A stretch of 64,000 nucleotides of DNA from an archaeon (GCA_024276825.1 JAJRWI010000053.1:12404-76403); one strand, 5' to 3'. Shown: positions 17,579 through 28,169, counted from the first letter of the stretch. Notes: generated by a model not told the origin, from the sequence alone. Translations and numbers: made by a program.

Positions 17579-18574
17579 ATGGCAGCACCGAGAATTGGAA
17601 TAATTGGGATTGGCAACATGGGAAGGATCCATGCACGAATACTTCACAGTATGCGATCTCTTGCTGCGATCGCTGACATGAATTATGCTCTTGCTAAAGG
17701 TGAGGGTGAGAAGTATGGTGTGGAGGCCTTTGACAGTTATGAGAAGATGCTAAACTCGGTTGATATTGATGGAGTCATCGTTGCCACGCCCACACCGACC
17801 CATGCGGAGATTGTAGAGTCCGTCCTTAAGAGTTCTGACAATCTGAAAGGCATTCTAATTGAGAAGCCACTTGCAAGTAGACTTGAAGATGGAGAGAGAG
17901 TTGCAGCGCTCTTGAAGAAGAAGAGAGTCATAGCACTTGTGTCACATTCAGAGATTTATAATCCAGTCCTAGGGAGGGCATTGTCATTAATCCAGAGTGG
18001 TGCTATTGGAACACCAAAGATGGTGATTCACGACAGGCGCGGTTTTGTCCAGCCCAAAAGAATTCCCTCACTGGGAGATGTCTTTGAAGATATTGGGGTT
18101 CATGATTTTGACATTATGACCAGAATCAGTCAGGGTCCTGCAAAAGTATATGCCCAATGCAATTCAGAAGGAGGTATAATGAACTCTGGAGTTGTCATAA
18201 TCAATTTTGAAAACGGGGCCAAGCATTTGTTTTTGTTATCTCGTGAATATGCAGGAAGAAAGCGAAGTTTAGACATCTCGGGAACAAAGGGCACACTTAA
18301 TCTAGACTATTTCGCGCAAATCATCCGTGTTCAGGACCTTGATCAGGAGCCCAAGGCCGATAGCAGAGCAATCAACCTCCCCGAGAGAGGAGCCACCATT
18401 AAAGTATATGGAGAGCCACTGGCAGAAGTACTGATTGATTTTATCAGCTGCATAGAGTCTGGGAATGAACCAAGAGTGGGGATTGAAGACGGACTTAGAG
18501 CACTTCGAGTTGTTGATGCTGCAAGAAAGAGTATAGAAACAAAAGGCATAATCGATATAGACATTACAAGATAG
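17579..18574 (+). CDS. Gfo/Idh/MocA-family oxidoreductase
   Basis: IGIIGIGNMG, VATPTPTH, EKP, DIGVHDFD. Confidence 0.92.
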   Translation: MAAPRIGIIGIGNMGRIHARILHSMRSLAAIADMNYALAKGEGEKYGVEAFDSYEKMLNSVDIDGVIVATPTPTHAEIVESVLKSSDNLKGILIEKPLASRLEDGERVAALLKKKRVIALVSHSEIYNPVLGRALSLIQSGAIGTPKMVIHDRRGFVQPKRIPSLGDVFEDIGVHDFDIMTRISQGPAKVYAQCNSEGGIMNSGVVIINFENGAKHLFLLSREYAGRKRSLDISGTKGTLNLDYFAQIIRVQDLDQEPKADSRAINLPERGATIKVYGEPLAEVLIDFISCIESGNEPRVGIEDGLRALRVVDAARKSIETKGIIDIDITR

Positions 18575-19853
18575 CGCGTCCTGTAATGTGAGTTGGACCT
18601 GCAGAGATTATTGAAACCTTGATCCACTTGCCAATAGACACATCATCATGGATTATCACTGGTTTGTATGTGCATGTTCTAGCCAAGAAACCTCCCTTCG
18701 GAGCCTTGTCTGTCACTATTGCTGGTACCTCTTGGCCAATCCATGAGGCATTGTGTTCAGCAGATATTTCATGTACCAGCTTTGAAAGACTTCGACTGCG
18801 TTCTTTCTTGGTATGAGTGTCTATTTTTTCAGTAGAGCAAGAAGCTGCTGTCTTTGGCCGATCACCATATTTTGAGATGTTGACTATTTGAGGGCGTGTG
18901 CGTCTGATGATTTCGATTGTCTGCTGGAAGTCATCATCAGACTCTCCCGGAAACCCGACTATGATATCAGTTGAGATTGTAGCATCAGGGAATCGATTGC
19001 GAATCACATTGATTATGGAGAGCCATACATCAGTTGTGTATCGCCGTCGCATTAGCCTCAATATCCTGTCACTGCCCGATTGAAGAGGGGCATGAAAGAA
19101 CTTGAAGAAATGCTTCGAGTCCATCACATCTAACAAGTCATCAATAATACCAAGAACAAGGTCGGGATTGAACATGCCTAATCGAAATATATGCTCGCCC
19201 TCGATGGAGTCGAGATCTTTTAGTAGCTCGATGAGAGAACTCCCAGTATCTGCGCCATAAACGCCTGCGTCTTGAGAGGTGAGTCGGATTTCACGATAAC
19301 CCAGGTGAGTGCATCGTTTCACCACACTCTTGATTTCAGAGATGGAATAGCTTCTGACCTTACCTCTTGCAAACTTCACTGCACAATAGGCACAGTTTCC
19401 AAGACAGCCCTCGCATATTGGAACCGTGCATATTACACTATCAGGGGGACCTTCAAAATACCTTAGTTTAGACAATGAGTCAGAGTCAAGATGGACAATA
19501 TTGCGTTCACCGGCCAATACGCGTTCAGCAACAGAGCCCAGTGTATCAATAGCCTGAGGGCCCAAGATTGCAGAGAATCCTGGAGCAGCAGAAACAATCC
19601 TATCAAAGGATATCTTTGGAAGACAGCCTGTAATAATTAATGGGACATTATGAGAAGAGAGCTCAGTAAGTCTGTGAATTACACGATCCTCAGTGGGTTC
19701 CTTCACACCGCACGTGTTCACGACTATCAAATCAGCAGAGTCGGGAGAGGAAACTCTGTGATAGCCAAGTTTTATCAAGCGTGAGGTAATCATATCAGAG
19801 TCTGCCATGTTTAGGGAGCATCCAAAGGTTTCAAGATAGAAGTCAATTGGCAC
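18564..19853 (-). CDS. tRNA methylthiotransferase, archaeal/eukaryotic MtaB (CDKAL1)-type
   Basis: ETFGCSLN, NTCGVK, GCL, CLGNCAYC, QSGSD, DIIVGFPGE and a TRAM domain. Confidence 0.9.
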   Translation of the reverse strand: MPIDFYLETFGCSLNMADSDMITSRLIKLGYHRVSSPDSADLIVVNTCGVKEPTEDRVIHRLTELSSHNVPLIITGCLPKISFDRIVSAAPGFSAILGPQAIDTLGSVAERVLAGERNIVHLDSDSLSKLRYFEGPPDSVICTVPICEGCLGNCAYCAVKFARGKVRSYSISEIKSVVKRCTHLGYREIRLTSQDAGVYGADTGSSLIELLKDLDSIEGEHIFRLGMFNPDLVLGIIDDLLDVMDSKHFFKFFHAPLQSGSDRILRLMRRRYTTDVWLSIINVIRNRFPDATISTDIIVGFPGESDDDFQQTIEIIRRTRPQIVNISKYGDRPKTAASCSTEKIDTHTKKERSRSLSKLVHEISAEHNASWIGQEVPAIVTDKAPKGGFLARTCTYKPVIIHDDVSIGKWIKVSIISAGPTHITGRAIL

Positions 19854-19864
19854 GGGATAATCAC

Positions 19865-20149
19865 CTAGCCACCTTGCACATGTGGGAGAATAGCCACCTC
19901 ATCATTCTCAGAAATAGGGGTGTCAAGTCCTTCAGGCAAGAGATCAACATCCTTCTTGTTGAGCATCACAATCAGATTGCCACTTATACGGCCATTCTCA
20001 TAGATAATGTGCTCGACTTCAGGGTTGCCAATCTTCACAACTCTCCGAATCACTTGCTCCACAGTGGCACCCTCTGGAAGGTCAAGTTCTAGTTTAGCCT
20101 TACCCAGTATTCGCTTAATCGGCCCGAAGGACTTGAAGACCACTCTCAA
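19865..20149 (-). CDS. MoaD/ThiS/SAMP ubiquitin-like sulfur carrier
   Basis: Beta-grasp pattern, VMLNKKDV...GLDTPISENDEVAILPHVQGG with C-terminal GG; TTG start estimated. Confidence 0.9.
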   Translation of the reverse strand: MRVVFKSFGPIKRILGKAKLELDLPEGATVEQVIRRVVKIGNPEVEHIIYENGRISGNLIVMLNKKDVDLLPEGLDTPISENDEVAILPHVQGG

Positions 20150-20153
20150 GATG

Positions 20154-20531
20154 TCATTCCTCCCTTGATGGTTGAAGTTGTGATACCATATCATCGATCA
20201 TCGAGTTTACTGTAGTGATCACTTCATCAATCTGTTCATGTGTAGCATCATTGATGTGAACACCTGCAATTACCACCACTGATTTATTCAGAGTAGACGC
20301 TAGTTTCTCAGCAGTAGACTGAGCCAGTATGTAGTCTTTATGCCCGGGGAAAGACAGTATGCTGACACTTGTTGTCAGATCATCTCTATAGCGACTCTTA
20401 GTGACATATGCGATAGCAGCTCCACCAACATGAGGGGAGTCCCCGCCATATATAATAACTACAAGGTCTTCACCAATGTTCTTGCTCTCAAGGGAAACCG
20501 AACCTCTTGCGAGGGGCCTTTTCATCTTCAT
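20154..20531 (-). CDS. LpdD / proteasome-assembly-chaperone (PAC4)-like small protein
   Basis: GEDLVVIIYGG..PHVG, PGHKD, VVVIAGVHINDAT..QI pattern; start estimated. Confidence 0.65.
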   Translation of the reverse strand: MKMKRPLARGSVSLESKNIGEDLVVIIYGGDSPHVGGAAIAYVTKSRYRDDLTTSVSILSFPGHKDYILAQSTAEKLASTLNKSVVVIAGVHINDATHEQIDEVITTVNSMIDDMVSQLQPSREE

Positions 20532-20593
20532 TGCAAGAAATAATACTCTTGCAATTGGCTGTAATCTTTTTGGTTGGGCATACAGCAGGAGTT

Positions 20594-22159
20594 TCACTCT
20601 GACTTTTCCATCATCTTCTTGTGCATTCTCCAAGTCAATGTAAGGGTTTTTGGATGTGCTGCTCTGTACTCATCAAGCAGTCGGATGGCTGCGGAGTGTG
20701 GGGCATTCTTGACGATTTCTGGGTTTGAGTATGCCTCTTTAGAGATCTTCTGAAGCGCGTTTATAAAGTGGTCAAGGTCTTCCTTGGTTTCACTCTCAGT
20801 CGGTTCTATCATCAATGCCTCATCAACGATGAGCGGGAAGTATATTGTGGGGGCATGAATTCCAAAGTCTAGTAAACGCTTTGCCACATTCATGGCAGAA
20901 ACCCCTGTTTCCTTTTCAAGTTCTTTTGCTGATATCACACACTCATGCATCCGTGGGGCATTCTTCGAATATGGAAGAGTAAACCCACGAATCTTACAAA
21001 CATTCTGAGCCACATAGTTCGCGTTTAGCACCGCAATCTCAGAGGCTCGCTTTAGGCCTCTTCCCCCTAAGGCATAGATGTATGCATAAGCTCTCACGAG
21101 AACCCCAAAGTTCCCATAGAAGCCATGTATCTTCCCTATTGACTTGGGCAGGTCATAGTCCAAGTCAAAAGTACCATCATCATTTCTTATTATTCGCGGT
21201 ATGGGGAGGAAATCTTTCAGTTTTTCTTTGACACCAACTGGACCTGCACCAGGTCCACCTCCACCATGAGGGGTTGAGAAGGTCTTATGCAAGTTGAGGT
21301 GGACAACATCAAAGCCCATGTCACCAGGTCGAGTCACACCCATAATGGCATTGAAATTGGCACCATCATAGTACAGCAGACCACCAGCATCATGAACAAT
21401 ACCTGCAATTTCCTCTATGTGTTTTTCAAACACACCAATTGTATTTGGATTGGTCAACATGAGACCTGCGGTATGAGGGCCTGCAGCTTCCTTCAGTGCA
21501 TCAACATCAACAAGGCCATCGGGATTTGAGGGGACAACTACTACCTTGTAGCCTGCCATTGCAGCTGAAGCGGGATTTGTGCCATGTGCAGAGTCTGGTA
21601 TTAACATCTCATTACGTTTTTCGCCCTCACCTGAAATATGTTGATGAAATGCTCGAATCATCAATACTCCTGTGAATTCTCCCTGTGCACCAGCTGAGGG
21701 CTGTAAGGTCACTGCGTCCATTCCTGTGATCTCTGAGAGCCATTTTTCCAGCTCCCACATCAGTTCAAGAGCACCCTGAGTTTGACGTACATCTTGATAG
21801 GGATGAATCCAAGAGAATCCGGGTAGTGACGCCATCATTTCATTGATTGCCGGGTTGTACTTCATAGTACAGCTGCCCAGAGGATATGTTCCAGTAGACA
21901 CTGAATAGTTCATCTGGGACAGCCGTGTATAATGCCTAGTCACTTGTGACTCTGTGAGAGAGGGAATCTCAGGAGGGGATTTCCTGATCATTTTGGCAGG
22001 GAGGATCTTATCAATTGGACCAACAGTTGCAATAATTGAGTCCTCAACCTCGGGCACTTGATGCCCAATGACGCCCTCATTATGCATTTCAAATATGAGA
22101 GGTTCTGGCCAGCGCGCTTGCCTGAAGTCAGGCCTGTGATAGCCTTCAAACTCCTTCAT
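20594..22159 (-). CDS. gcvPB: Glycine dehydrogenase (decarboxylating) subunit 2
   Basis: PLGSCTMKYNP, SAHGTNPAS, HLNLHKTFSTPHGGGGPG. Confidence 0.97.
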   Translation of the reverse strand: MKEFEGYHRPDFRQARWPEPLIFEMHNEGVIGHQVPEVEDSIIATVGPIDKILPAKMIRKSPPEIPSLTESQVTRHYTRLSQMNYSVSTGTYPLGSCTMKYNPAINEMMASLPGFSWIHPYQDVRQTQGALELMWELEKWLSEITGMDAVTLQPSAGAQGEFTGVLMIRAFHQHISGEGEKRNEMLIPDSAHGTNPASAAMAGYKVVVVPSNPDGLVDVDALKEAAGPHTAGLMLTNPNTIGVFEKHIEEIAGIVHDAGGLLYYDGANFNAIMGVTRPGDMGFDVVHLNLHKTFSTPHGGGGPGAGPVGVKEKLKDFLPIPRIIRNDDGTFDLDYDLPKSIGKIHGFYGNFGVLVRAYAYIYALGGRGLKRASEIAVLNANYVAQNVCKIRGFTLPYSKNAPRMHECVISAKELEKETGVSAMNVAKRLLDFGIHAPTIYFPLIVDEALMIEPTESETKEDLDHFINALQKISKEAYSNPEIVKNAPHSAAIRLLDEYRAAHPKTLTLTWRMHKKMMEKSE

Positions 22160-23559
22160 TAGTCATTGCCCTCCTTGATTATAGCTGAAACAGTGTTAAC
22201 CATTTTTTCTATTGCCTTCACAGAGTGAATCTCAGTGACGCCGAATAATAAGGACTCACCAAGACCTGGAAACTCGCTCTTGAGCGAATGACCACCATGA
22301 ATTCCATGCTTCAGTAATTGTTCATTAATCGAGTCTGCAGAGATATTGGTTTCAAACTGAACGGCAAAGTCTTTCCAGATTGTTTTGCCTATTGCAGGGG
22401 CTCTTACATTATCGATCTCATTCAATAGTTTCGCAGCATGGTTTGATTTGTAAGCAATGACTTCAGCAATCTTCTTTATGCCATTTGATCCCATTAATGC
22501 AACATAAATTGCCGCGGTCACTGCAATAAGCGCCTGATTTGAACAGATATTGCTAGTTGCTTTCTCCCTTCGTATGTGTTGTTCTCGTGGACTGAGTGTT
22601 AATACAAACCCGCGTTCATACGGTTCATTCTGAGTGCGAGTAAGACCAACCAGTCTACCCGGCAATTGGCGGATCAACTTCATGTCATTCCTGCATCCAA
22701 AGACACCAAGAAGGGGACCACCATAACTCACCGGAGTTCCAAGAGGCTGACCTTCACCTATGACTATGTCTGCACCATAATCGCCAGGTGGCCTTAAAAT
22801 GCCTAGAGAGAGAATGTCTACACCTGCAACTAGTAGTGCATCAGCGTCATGAACAATCTGATTTATCTCATCCACTTGTGTTTCAATGAATCCCAAGTAA
22901 CTAGGGTTTTCTATATAAACGCCTGCAACCGAAGAGTCAATCTTTGACTCGAGGTCACTGATAGAAATTAGACCCGTATCGAAATCGAAATTGACTTGCT
23001 CTATCTGTATTCCGGCGGGTTCACAATAGGTTGTTAGTGTCATTAAGTTTGCAGGACTGATTGTCCTTGGAACCAAGAACTTCTTACGTTTCCTCTTGAC
23101 TCTGACTGTCATAAGTGCGGCTTCACCAAGGGCAGTAGCTCTGTCATACATACTGCTGTTTACTACTTCGATTTCAAGTAGTTCTGCCAGTAGGCTCTGA
23201 TATTCAAAAAGGGTCTGTAGCATTCCTTGTGAGATTTCTGCCTGATAACTGGTGTAGGCAGTGACAAATTCTGATCTTGAAGAAAGAGCTTGAACCGCAG
23301 CAGGAATGTAATGAAGACCCAATCCAGCACCAAGAAAGATCTTACCAGAGTCGGCAGGAGTGTTCTTACTGGCCAGTTCACGCAGACGCAGGAACACTTC
23401 ATGTTCGCTGTGAGACTCGGGAAGATTCAATTCATGCTTAATCTTGAATTTCTCAGGTATATCACTGAATAGACTGTCAAGCGAGCTCTTATTGATTGAT
23501 TTGAGCATCTCATATTCTAATATGTCAGTCATTGGTATGTATGGATGTTTAAAATCCAT
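22159..23559 (-). CDS. gcvPA: Glycine dehydrogenase (decarboxylating) subunit 1
   Basis: FLGAG, AYTSYQAEISQG, REQHIRREKATSNICSNQ. Confidence 0.97.
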   Translation of the reverse strand: MDFKHPYIPMTDILEYEMLKSINKSSLDSLFSDIPEKFKIKHELNLPESHSEHEVFLRLRELASKNTPADSGKIFLGAGLGLHYIPAAVQALSSRSEFVTAYTSYQAEISQGMLQTLFEYQSLLAELLEIEVVNSSMYDRATALGEAALMTVRVKRKRKKFLVPRTISPANLMTLTTYCEPAGIQIEQVNFDFDTGLISISDLESKIDSSVAGVYIENPSYLGFIETQVDEINQIVHDADALLVAGVDILSLGILRPPGDYGADIVIGEGQPLGTPVSYGGPLLGVFGCRNDMKLIRQLPGRLVGLTRTQNEPYERGFVLTLSPREQHIRREKATSNICSNQALIAVTAAIYVALMGSNGIKKIAEVIAYKSNHAAKLLNEIDNVRAPAIGKTIWKDFAVQFETNISADSINEQLLKHGIHGGHSLKSEFPGLGESLLFGVTEIHSVKAIEKMVNTVSAIIKEGND

Positions 23560-23691
23560 TAGTATCACCATATGTCAAGGGGATTTGTATGTAATGGCGG
23601 CACCAAGACTGCATTAAGCCTTTTTGCATGCACCATGAGGAATCATTTTTAAATTTGCAATTCAAGGAAGAACTGCTTGAGGACTGTGAAT

Positions 23692-24003
23692 ATGAAACGA
23701 TGGCTCTTGGAATATCTTGTCTGTCCAAATGATGGATGCAGAGGAGAGCTCGAGATGGAGATATTTGCATCCCATTATATCGAAACAGATAATGAAAGAG
23801 TCGAAGAGATTGATGAGGCCCTACTAATATGCACAAAATGTGGACGTTGGTATCCGGTCATCGATAGAATCACGTGTATATTGCCTGATGAGAAACGTTT
23901 GGATCCGAGTCAACTCACAAAGGAAAAGGCTTTTCTTGAAAAGTGGCGCGAACGGGTACCAAGAAAAATACTCCACGAAGGGAAACCCTTTGGACTAGAA
24001 TAG
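23692..24003 (+). CDS. Trm112-family methyltransferase activator
   Basis: LLEYLVCP...C...EIDEALLICTKCGRWYPVIDRI pattern. Confidence 0.88.
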   Translation: MKRWLLEYLVCPNDGCRGELEMEIFASHYIETDNERVEEIDEALLICTKCGRWYPVIDRITCILPDEKRLDPSQLTKEKAFLEKWRERVPRKILHEGKPFGLE

Positions 24004-24077
24004 CCCCGTGGTGTAGCGGTCCAGCATAGCGGGTTTTGGCCCCGCTGACGCAGGTTCGAGTCCTGCCGGGGCTACCA
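24002..24077 (+). tRNA. tRNA-Gln(TTG), CCA encoded
   Basis: AGCCCCG/CGGGGCT acceptor (A1-U72); GCGGG-TT-TTG-GC-CCCGC. Confidence 0.96.
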
Positions 24078-24102
24078 ATGTCTAATAGGTTCTGATTTTG
24101 AG

Positions 24103-24963
24103 TCACTTTTCCTCATTACTCATCATACTGAATGGGAAGTCTTCTTTGGATATTATATCAAGATGTAGTCGTCGGATATGTGAGAGTTGGAGGTAATCAC
24201 CGTTCACATAGACATCAACCATTGTGTAGTTTCGAAGGCCTGAAGTGGAGAGTTTCTTCATTAGTACTGCTTCAACCTGGAACACACCTGCGGGATTGTC
24301 CATAGAAACCGTGATGCGCAGAGCTTTTTCATTACCACGACTCAGAGTCACATTGTTGATTGCCATGGCACTTATCGAGTGAATATCCACTTTCCCCTGA
24401 CTGAAAGGTACTGTAGTCCTGCCTTTAGTCATATCGCAGCCATCGCCAATTTTGACACAACCTGCTTCCAAGGTCAGGCATTGAGTATCATCATCATGGG
24501 CATATATCCCATGCAAAATTGATGAGAGAATATCAGTTGCGACACCCATATCAGAATACAATTGGGTGATCTTTTTCTCGAGTATTGGGCGGGCAAGCTG
24601 CACTGATGATTGGGAGTGTTCTTTACGATGAATTACCATCCCGATATCATGAAGATATGTGGCTGCCAGAATTGCCATTCGGGTATCATCCTTATCGCCA
24701 ATAGCCTCGGCCTCGATATTTGACTTAAATGTAATGTCTAGTATCTCGTATGCTTTCAATGCATTCCATGCTGCAACCATTGCATGAGTGGGACCATGAT
24801 CGGTATAGCCCAGTCGTGAAACCGCCATTCTATTTGCACTGCGAAGATAGGACTGCACGATTGGGGAGTTGTAAAGATAATCAAACATCTCATATGCTTT
24901 AGTACCGGGCTCGAGGATGTCATATAGACTAATGCGATTCCTGTCTAGTTGTTCTTGCACCAT
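24103..24963 (-). CDS. HD-superfamily phosphohydrolase (COG3294-like)
   Basis: RLGYTDHGPTH, YLHDIG, YAHD, GDGCDMTKGR, DIHSISA. Confidence 0.87.
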   Translation of the reverse strand: MVQEQLDRNRISLYDILEPGTKAYEMFDYLYNSPIVQSYLRSANRMAVSRLGYTDHGPTHAMVAAWNALKAYEILDITFKSNIEAEAIGDKDDTRMAILAATYLHDIGMVIHRKEHSQSSVQLARPILEKKITQLYSDMGVATDILSSILHGIYAHDDDTQCLTLEAGCVKIGDGCDMTKGRTTVPFSQGKVDIHSISAMAINNVTLSRGNEKALRITVSMDNPAGVFQVEAVLMKKLSTSGLRNYTMVDVYVNGDYLQLSHIRRLHLDIISKEDFPFSMMSNEEK

Positions 24964-25036
24964 TATAAAAGCCCCCAAAGGGACTGGAATGTGTTGCAAA
25001 TACTAAGATAAGATTTACTAAGTAGAAGCTTTGGGA

Positions 25037-27976
25037 CTATATATCGCCAGCTTCTTCCTGAAGTGATAGTAGAATCTTATCAATCTCAGTTGTTGCACGC
25101 TTGATTGTCTTAAGAAAGTCCTCTCGGGTGCGTTCGAATGCCACACGACTAATCTTCTGCTTTTTCTTCCTGATAAGCAGTTGGCGAAGACCAGCTTTGG
25201 CACCTTCGATGCGCTCCTCCTGAAGCTCAAGATGGGCTATCATATCGCGGTACCGTGATCCATAGCGCATCAATTCGTCCTTAAGAGAGGGTAGCTTTGA
25301 TTCAATCTCTTGAAGTTGCCTCTTGATGTCTTTTTCACGAATCATATACTCACGTTTTTTGATCTTGCCCCGTCGGCGAGAGGTGTCAAGTTTCTCGAGG
25401 TCCATGTTCAATGCTACCTTCTTAGAGTAGAGAGTTGCAAACTCTTTCAACAGACTTGGAGGGGCAGACACTCTCTTTGCAGGAGTTGAAGCATCACTAA
25501 CTGGAGTTGTTATTGTAGCTTCTTCAATCTCGACCTTTCGAATTGAAACGTAAGCAGCGGCTATCAGACCGATAATCACTGCAAACGCCATGGGTCGTGC
25601 AACAATTCCAGATGCGAGTGAGTATGTCAGTAATATTTCAGCAGGGTTCATCGAAGTAGTGTTATAGACAATGTATTGGAAAGTGTTGTCAAACACACCA
25701 TAGAGTAAACGATAGTTGTCAGATATCTGATTCACACTGACAGAGATTGGTACGACGATGTCAATGGTGTGTTTCTGAACGAGAAGGTTGTCCATAGTAC
25801 TTTGTGGAAACTTAATTGTATTGCCAGTCTGATAATGGTCTATCTGTAAGTCGAATTCAATAAAGAATGTGTATTTGTAATGAGGGTATAGTCCATCATC
25901 ACCAAAACGGTCCGACTTTAGATTTATGATGAGATTTGCGGTTTCATTGAAGAGTCGTTCCGATGATGGCATTGAACGTGCGAGTATTCCAACCTGATCG
26001 TAAACAACAATGTTAGTTGTGTACGCGGGGATGTCATACTTCATTGTGAGTTCTTTTGCTGGGCCTATATTGTTCAGTGAAACTTCTTCATAATAGTGAA
26101 TCCAGCCCCAAGGGTCAATAGTAATTCTTGTGAGCTTGTTTGCAACAATCAAGGGCGTGAAAGACTCCATTGTTGTGGAGAACTCTTCCACTGTCATTGG
26201 TGCAACATTTTCTTTCTGTACTTCTGGAAGGGATCCTGTCATCCTGTCGCCGCTTCTGAATTCCATTCCAAAACTGAATGAGTGGATAGTGTATGGAAGA
26301 ACTGGATACTTCAGAAAACGGATCTCGTACCCCTCGTTTTCAAAATCAATCAGTTGATGTAATGAGTGCATGTAGAAATGGGTAGTGAATGAGTATCTTG
26401 CTTGAAATCCTACAGGCTCTGCGAAATAAACCCGCCAATGCATGAAGTCATTGTAGTCTGGAAGTCTTTCAATTTGCAGTTCAACATCATCGTCATCAAT
26501 CGCCGTAAGCGATAAGAAATACGATGACCATTTCATTGGCAGAAATACATCAATTGCATTAATTGGAACAGACCCATTATTACGGATTGTGAACATATCA
26601 CGGACATCAGTAGAGTGATAGGTCTGCGTATGTATCTCGCGCTTAATCGTCAGCTTCATCCCATTTAATGGTTGGAACGGGTAATCTATGGTCACATTCA
26701 CAAAAGTGACAGAGGTGCGATTGGAGGGGTCTGTTGCATTGAACCAAATTGTATGAGGGCCGGTTTCATAACTTGAAAGGTCTAAGCTCTCTACCCACAG
26801 ATCACTCTTGAAATCATAAAATATTTCTGTCCAGTCCTCATCATCGAACTTGTACCATACCCTTCTCACTAATGTGTTATCAGTAGCATTGAGTTTCAAT
26901 GTGGTGACAATGCCAATGGTTGAGTCTTGTTCAGGACTTTCAACAATTAGTGTTGGGGGTGCATTGGGGACAAGTTGCATCATAAGGGGAGTCGACCAGG
27001 GAGTGTGATGAACAGGCAGTTCATTGAATGCATCATTTTGGCCGAATAGTAGAATCATTGGATACTGGAGAGTTGTCGAGTTTGTGAGAGCAATGTCTTG
27101 AAGGTCTGTGCTGTTCAGTCTGATAATATATTCAATTTGGGTTGTAAGACCGTCATCAGTTGCATTTGCCTCCACCACGCGAGTCTGATTGGTATCGTCA
27201 ATGTAAGTGAATGTACCTGTTCCAAAGCCTTCGCGGTATTCAATTCTGCTTGCATCTGCAGGGTTGTCATGATTGCCGTTAATTCGGAGTAGCGTAATCT
27301 CATATTCAAGATCATAGCCATAGAAGGGATGGTCCTTGGAGTTGTAAGCATATTCAGCGGGGATTATAAAATGACGGACTTCTCCTACTCGCATTCCAAT
27401 TATTGCCTCTTTGAACTTCTCGAGAAGCTTCTCGTCATTGAGAGGGGTGGTTGATGTGATGTCAGGGATGTTTCCCTCTTCAATAACTGTTCCATTTCTG
27501 AGAGAGAGAACATAGTGCACTGTGACTGCCTCTTCTCCCGTGACCCTTTCGATTGTGGTGTGTGGAGTGCCAGGAGCAAATCCATAGATGATATCACTCT
27601 GGTTTAAACCCGAGTCAGTAAAAACACCTGTCGAGTTCTTCCAGCTGAGAGCAATCCATCCTGACGTGGGTGCTGACAGGCCCACGTACAACATTGTTGA
27701 ATTATGTTCCATATACACGGTGATACCAGTGATTGGGTCTGTATAATTATAGGCATATTCCCAAGGGTCGATTATACCATCAGCAAAGCCATAATGCTTG
27801 TCTACGTATGGAATGGATAGATTCAAGGATGACTCAGACAAAGACTGTATAGGCTTTGCAGCATCAGGTGTGGTTTGTGCATTAAACGTTGTTTCGGGGG
27901 TTGTCACCATCACACCACTAACCAAGAGTAGTGTCAGTAATGTGAGGGTTGTCATTCGTCTCTGTAACAGACTCAA
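25037..27976 (-). CDS. Multidomain membrane protein: signal peptide, DOMON-like domain with inserted FKBP-type PPIase, Ig-like domain, ribophorin I-like domain, TM helix, cytoplasmic coiled coil
   Basis: LYVGLSAPTSGWIAL..SDII (DOMON-like); VTVHY...AIIGMRVGEVRHFIIPAEYAY..HPFYGYDLEYEITL (FKBP); PLIVANKLTRITIDPWGWIHYYEEVSL..IPAYTTNIVVYDQVG (ribophorin I-like); many NxS/T sequons. Confidence 0.75.
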   Translation of the reverse strand: MSLLQRRMTTLTLLTLLLVSGVMVTTPETTFNAQTTPDAAKPIQSLSESSLNLSIPYVDKHYGFADGIIDPWEYAYNYTDPITGITVYMEHNSTMLYVGLSAPTSGWIALSWKNSTGVFTDSGLNQSDIIYGFAPGTPHTTIERVTGEEAVTVHYVLSLRNGTVIEEGNIPDITSTTPLNDEKLLEKFKEAIIGMRVGEVRHFIIPAEYAYNSKDHPFYGYDLEYEITLLRINGNHDNPADASRIEYREGFGTGTFTYIDDTNQTRVVEANATDDGLTTQIEYIIRLNSTDLQDIALTNSTTLQYPMILLFGQNDAFNELPVHHTPWSTPLMMQLVPNAPPTLIVESPEQDSTIGIVTTLKLNATDNTLVRRVWYKFDDEDWTEIFYDFKSDLWVESLDLSSYETGPHTIWFNATDPSNRTSVTFVNVTIDYPFQPLNGMKLTIKREIHTQTYHSTDVRDMFTIRNNGSVPINAIDVFLPMKWSSYFLSLTAIDDDDVELQIERLPDYNDFMHWRVYFAEPVGFQARYSFTTHFYMHSLHQLIDFENEGYEIRFLKYPVLPYTIHSFSFGMEFRSGDRMTGSLPEVQKENVAPMTVEEFSTTMESFTPLIVANKLTRITIDPWGWIHYYEEVSLNNIGPAKELTMKYDIPAYTTNIVVYDQVGILARSMPSSERLFNETANLIINLKSDRFGDDGLYPHYKYTFFIEFDLQIDHYQTGNTIKFPQSTMDNLLVQKHTIDIVVPISVSVNQISDNYRLLYGVFDNTFQYIVYNTTSMNPAEILLTYSLASGIVARPMAFAVIIGLIAAAYVSIRKVEIEEATITTPVSDASTPAKRVSAPPSLLKEFATLYSKKVALNMDLEKLDTSRRRGKIKKREYMIREKDIKRQLQEIESKLPSLKDELMRYGSRYRDMIAHLELQEERIEGAKAGLRQLLIRKKKQKISRVAFERTREDFLKTIKRATTEIDKILLSLQEEAGDI

Positions 27977-28169
27977 TATGAATCACCAGTGCTCTACGGA
28001 TTTCGCGTCAACTATGGAACTGTGTGCTCCGCGAACGTTCCGCTTCAACATCTAGACTGTTAAAATAGTTTCTGTCGTACAACGCACGCACCAACATGTA
28101 GAAAACGAGATTTGTCCATCGAAAAGTGTAAAATGGAGTGAAAATGCATACAGGTCAGGTGAGTATACA

